A stretch of 34,173 bases of DNA, taken from Candidatus Omnitrophota bacterium. Its GTDB lineage: Bacteria > Omnitrophota > Gorgyraeia > Gygaellales > Profunditerraquicolaceae. Position 1 is the first letter of the stretch; each line of letters begins with the position of its first letter. Of the stretch, positions 33,050 to 34,173 are shown piece after piece. The stretch is from positions 1-34,173 of the forward strand of contig JAQTUD010000004.1 in the NCBI GenBank assembly GCA_028710405.1, given 5' to 3'. Under the pieces are notes generated by a model, which did not search any database, was not told the DNA's origin, and saw only the letters and a list, made by a program, of their open reading frames with translations. A program made the translations under genes and the position numbers.

Positions 33050-34093
33050 ATGCGCGAGTATCTCTATAAAATAGCCACAGATAAGATCCAGGGGTTTATC
33101 CCCGGCCTGATAAAGGCCGCCTTCTTTTTCTTATCTATTATATATGGCCTGTCAGTAAGGGGCGCTATTTTCTTCAGCCGGATTTTTCCTTGCCGCCTGG
33201 GTTGTAAAGTAATCAGTGTGGGTAATATTACAGTGGGGGGGACCGGTAAGACAACCCTGGTGGAATATATCGCCCGCTATTTAAAAGATAGCGGCCATAA
33301 GGTGGCGATTTTAAGCCGCGGCTATAAGAGAAAAAGCACCAGTAGTGAAAATATGGGCGATGAACCTTATATGTTATCTAAGAATTTATCCGATATCCCG
33401 GTGATAGTAAATAAGGATAGGGCTAGCGGCGCCCTGCGCGCGATAATAGAGTATCAGACGGATACGGTTATTTTAGATGACGGGATGCAGCAGTGGCGCC
33501 TGCGCAAGGATTTAGAGATCATTGCCATAGACGCGGTTTCTCCTTTTGGAAACCGTCATCTTCTGCCACGCGGCATATTGCGTGAGCCTTTATCCGGGCT
33601 TAAGCGCGCTGATATCTTTATCCTGACTAAGTCTGATTTGGCGCAGAATAATATAGAAGAGATAAAGGGGTTACTGGGGCGCGTCAACCCCAGGGCGAAG
33701 ATCTTTGAATCTATCCACCAGCCTTTGGGTTTTTACCAGATCGGCGGTAAGGAGGAATTATTCAGCCCGCGGGCATTCACAGGTAAGCCCGCGGTCATAT
33801 TTTGTGCTATCGGCGATCCGGATTCCTTTGAAAAAACAATTAAGAACTTAGGGATAGAGGTAGCTTTATCTTTTAATTTTCCTGATCATCATCACTACGG
33901 TCAGAAAGACCTGGAGCGGATCACCAAAGTTGCCCAGGCAAGAAATATTGATTTGATTATTACTACGCAGAAGGACGCAGCCAGGCTTGACCGGCAACTG
34001 CAGGCACGGATATTAGTGTTACGTATCGGAATAAAAATAACCAAAGATGAAGATAAATTCCGCGATAGACTACTTAAGCTGTATTCTCTTTAG
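33050..34093 (+). CDS. lpxK: Tetraacyldisaccharide 4'-kinase
   Basis: Walker A VGNITVGGTGKTT, LpxK fold, 347 aa. Confidence 0.85.
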   Translation: MREYLYKIATDKIQGFIPGLIKAAFFFLSIIYGLSVRGAIFFSRIFPCRLGCKVISVGNITVGGTGKTTLVEYIARYLKDSGHKVAILSRGYKRKSTSSENMGDEPYMLSKNLSDIPVIVNKDRASGALRAIIEYQTDTVILDDGMQQWRLRKDLEIIAIDAVSPFGNRHLLPRGILREPLSGLKRADIFILTKSDLAQNNIEEIKGLLGRVNPRAKIFESIHQPLGFYQIGGKEELFSPRAFTGKPAVIFCAIGDPDSFEKTIKNLGIEVALSFNFPDHHHYGQKDLERITKVAQARNIDLIITTQKDAARLDRQLQARILVLRIGIKITKDEDKFRDRLLKLYSL

Positions 34094-34142
34094 GGCCTTC
34101 AGTCCCGTAGCGTGCGTATTACCTAAAGGCACGGCCTTTTTC
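34094..34142 (+). terminator. Possible interrupted-stem terminator after lpxK
   Basis: ggcc...cgtgc-gtattacctaaag-gcacggcc followed by TTTTTCTT. Stem interrupted by a 13-nt internal loop. Confidence 0.3.
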
Positions 34143-34173
34143 TTGGGCAGGAGGCTGGGGGATCTTTTTTATT

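Noticed and set aside
1476-34173. tRNA/tmRNA/SRP RNA genes in intergenic regions
   Set aside because: No GTTCRANYC T-loop-type motifs, no GGAAGCAGC SRP domain IV motif on either strand of the candidate hairpin regions. Left as unclassified structures.

Overview
Window of about 34 kb, moderate GC (estimated by eye at 45-50%), with 36 of 37 called genes on the + strand, many of them translationally coupled (ATGA or TAATG overlaps). The content is mostly housekeeping. It includes purine synthesis (purM 3' end, purD, purE) and a tsaC/LMW-PTP fusion followed by rpiB, glyA, a dCMP deaminase and nrdR in a Bacillus ywlC-ywlE-ywlF-glyA-like order. Also present are a CCA tRNA nucleotidyltransferase, an envelope cluster (AsmA-like, OMP, retropepsin-like protease), aroC-spoVG-aroK, dprA-topA-xerC, and the lipid A/KDO genes kdtA and lpxK, which point to a diderm cell. 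A compact c-di-GMP module is also present (REC-GGDDF-MshEN-like, HD-GYP sensor, STAS-PilZ) with a stand-alone GMP synthase PP-ATPase subunit embedded in it. No CRISPR, rRNA or tRNA was recognised. Signals not explained by standard annotation: (1) an AT-rich, likely acquired, block (about 1.8-3.0 kb) with two secreted or membrane hypothetical proteins, bounded by a roughly 195-nt extended hairpin and a GC-rich hairpin block. (2) A 1.2-kb small-gene locus (16.67-17.83 kb) with tandem 23-bp repeats carrying GGAAAC-N-GTTTCC palindromes, a sigma70 promoter with extended -10, a roughly 170-nt sRNA-like unit (GNRA hairpin plus two tandem intrinsic terminators), then an operon of an RHH protein, a 63-aa protein and two paralogous histidine/arginine-rich micropeptides (36 and 32 aa). 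(3) The only minus-strand gene, a Ski2-like DEVH helicase with a leaderless-type promoter. (4) A signal-peptide thermonuclease flanked by about 125-135-bp direct repeats whose differences are compensatory within predicted stems. (5) The GGAAA-N3-TTTCC palindrome recurs upstream of the tsaC operon. All annotations are from reading translated ORFs and motifs by eye; no database search was possible.
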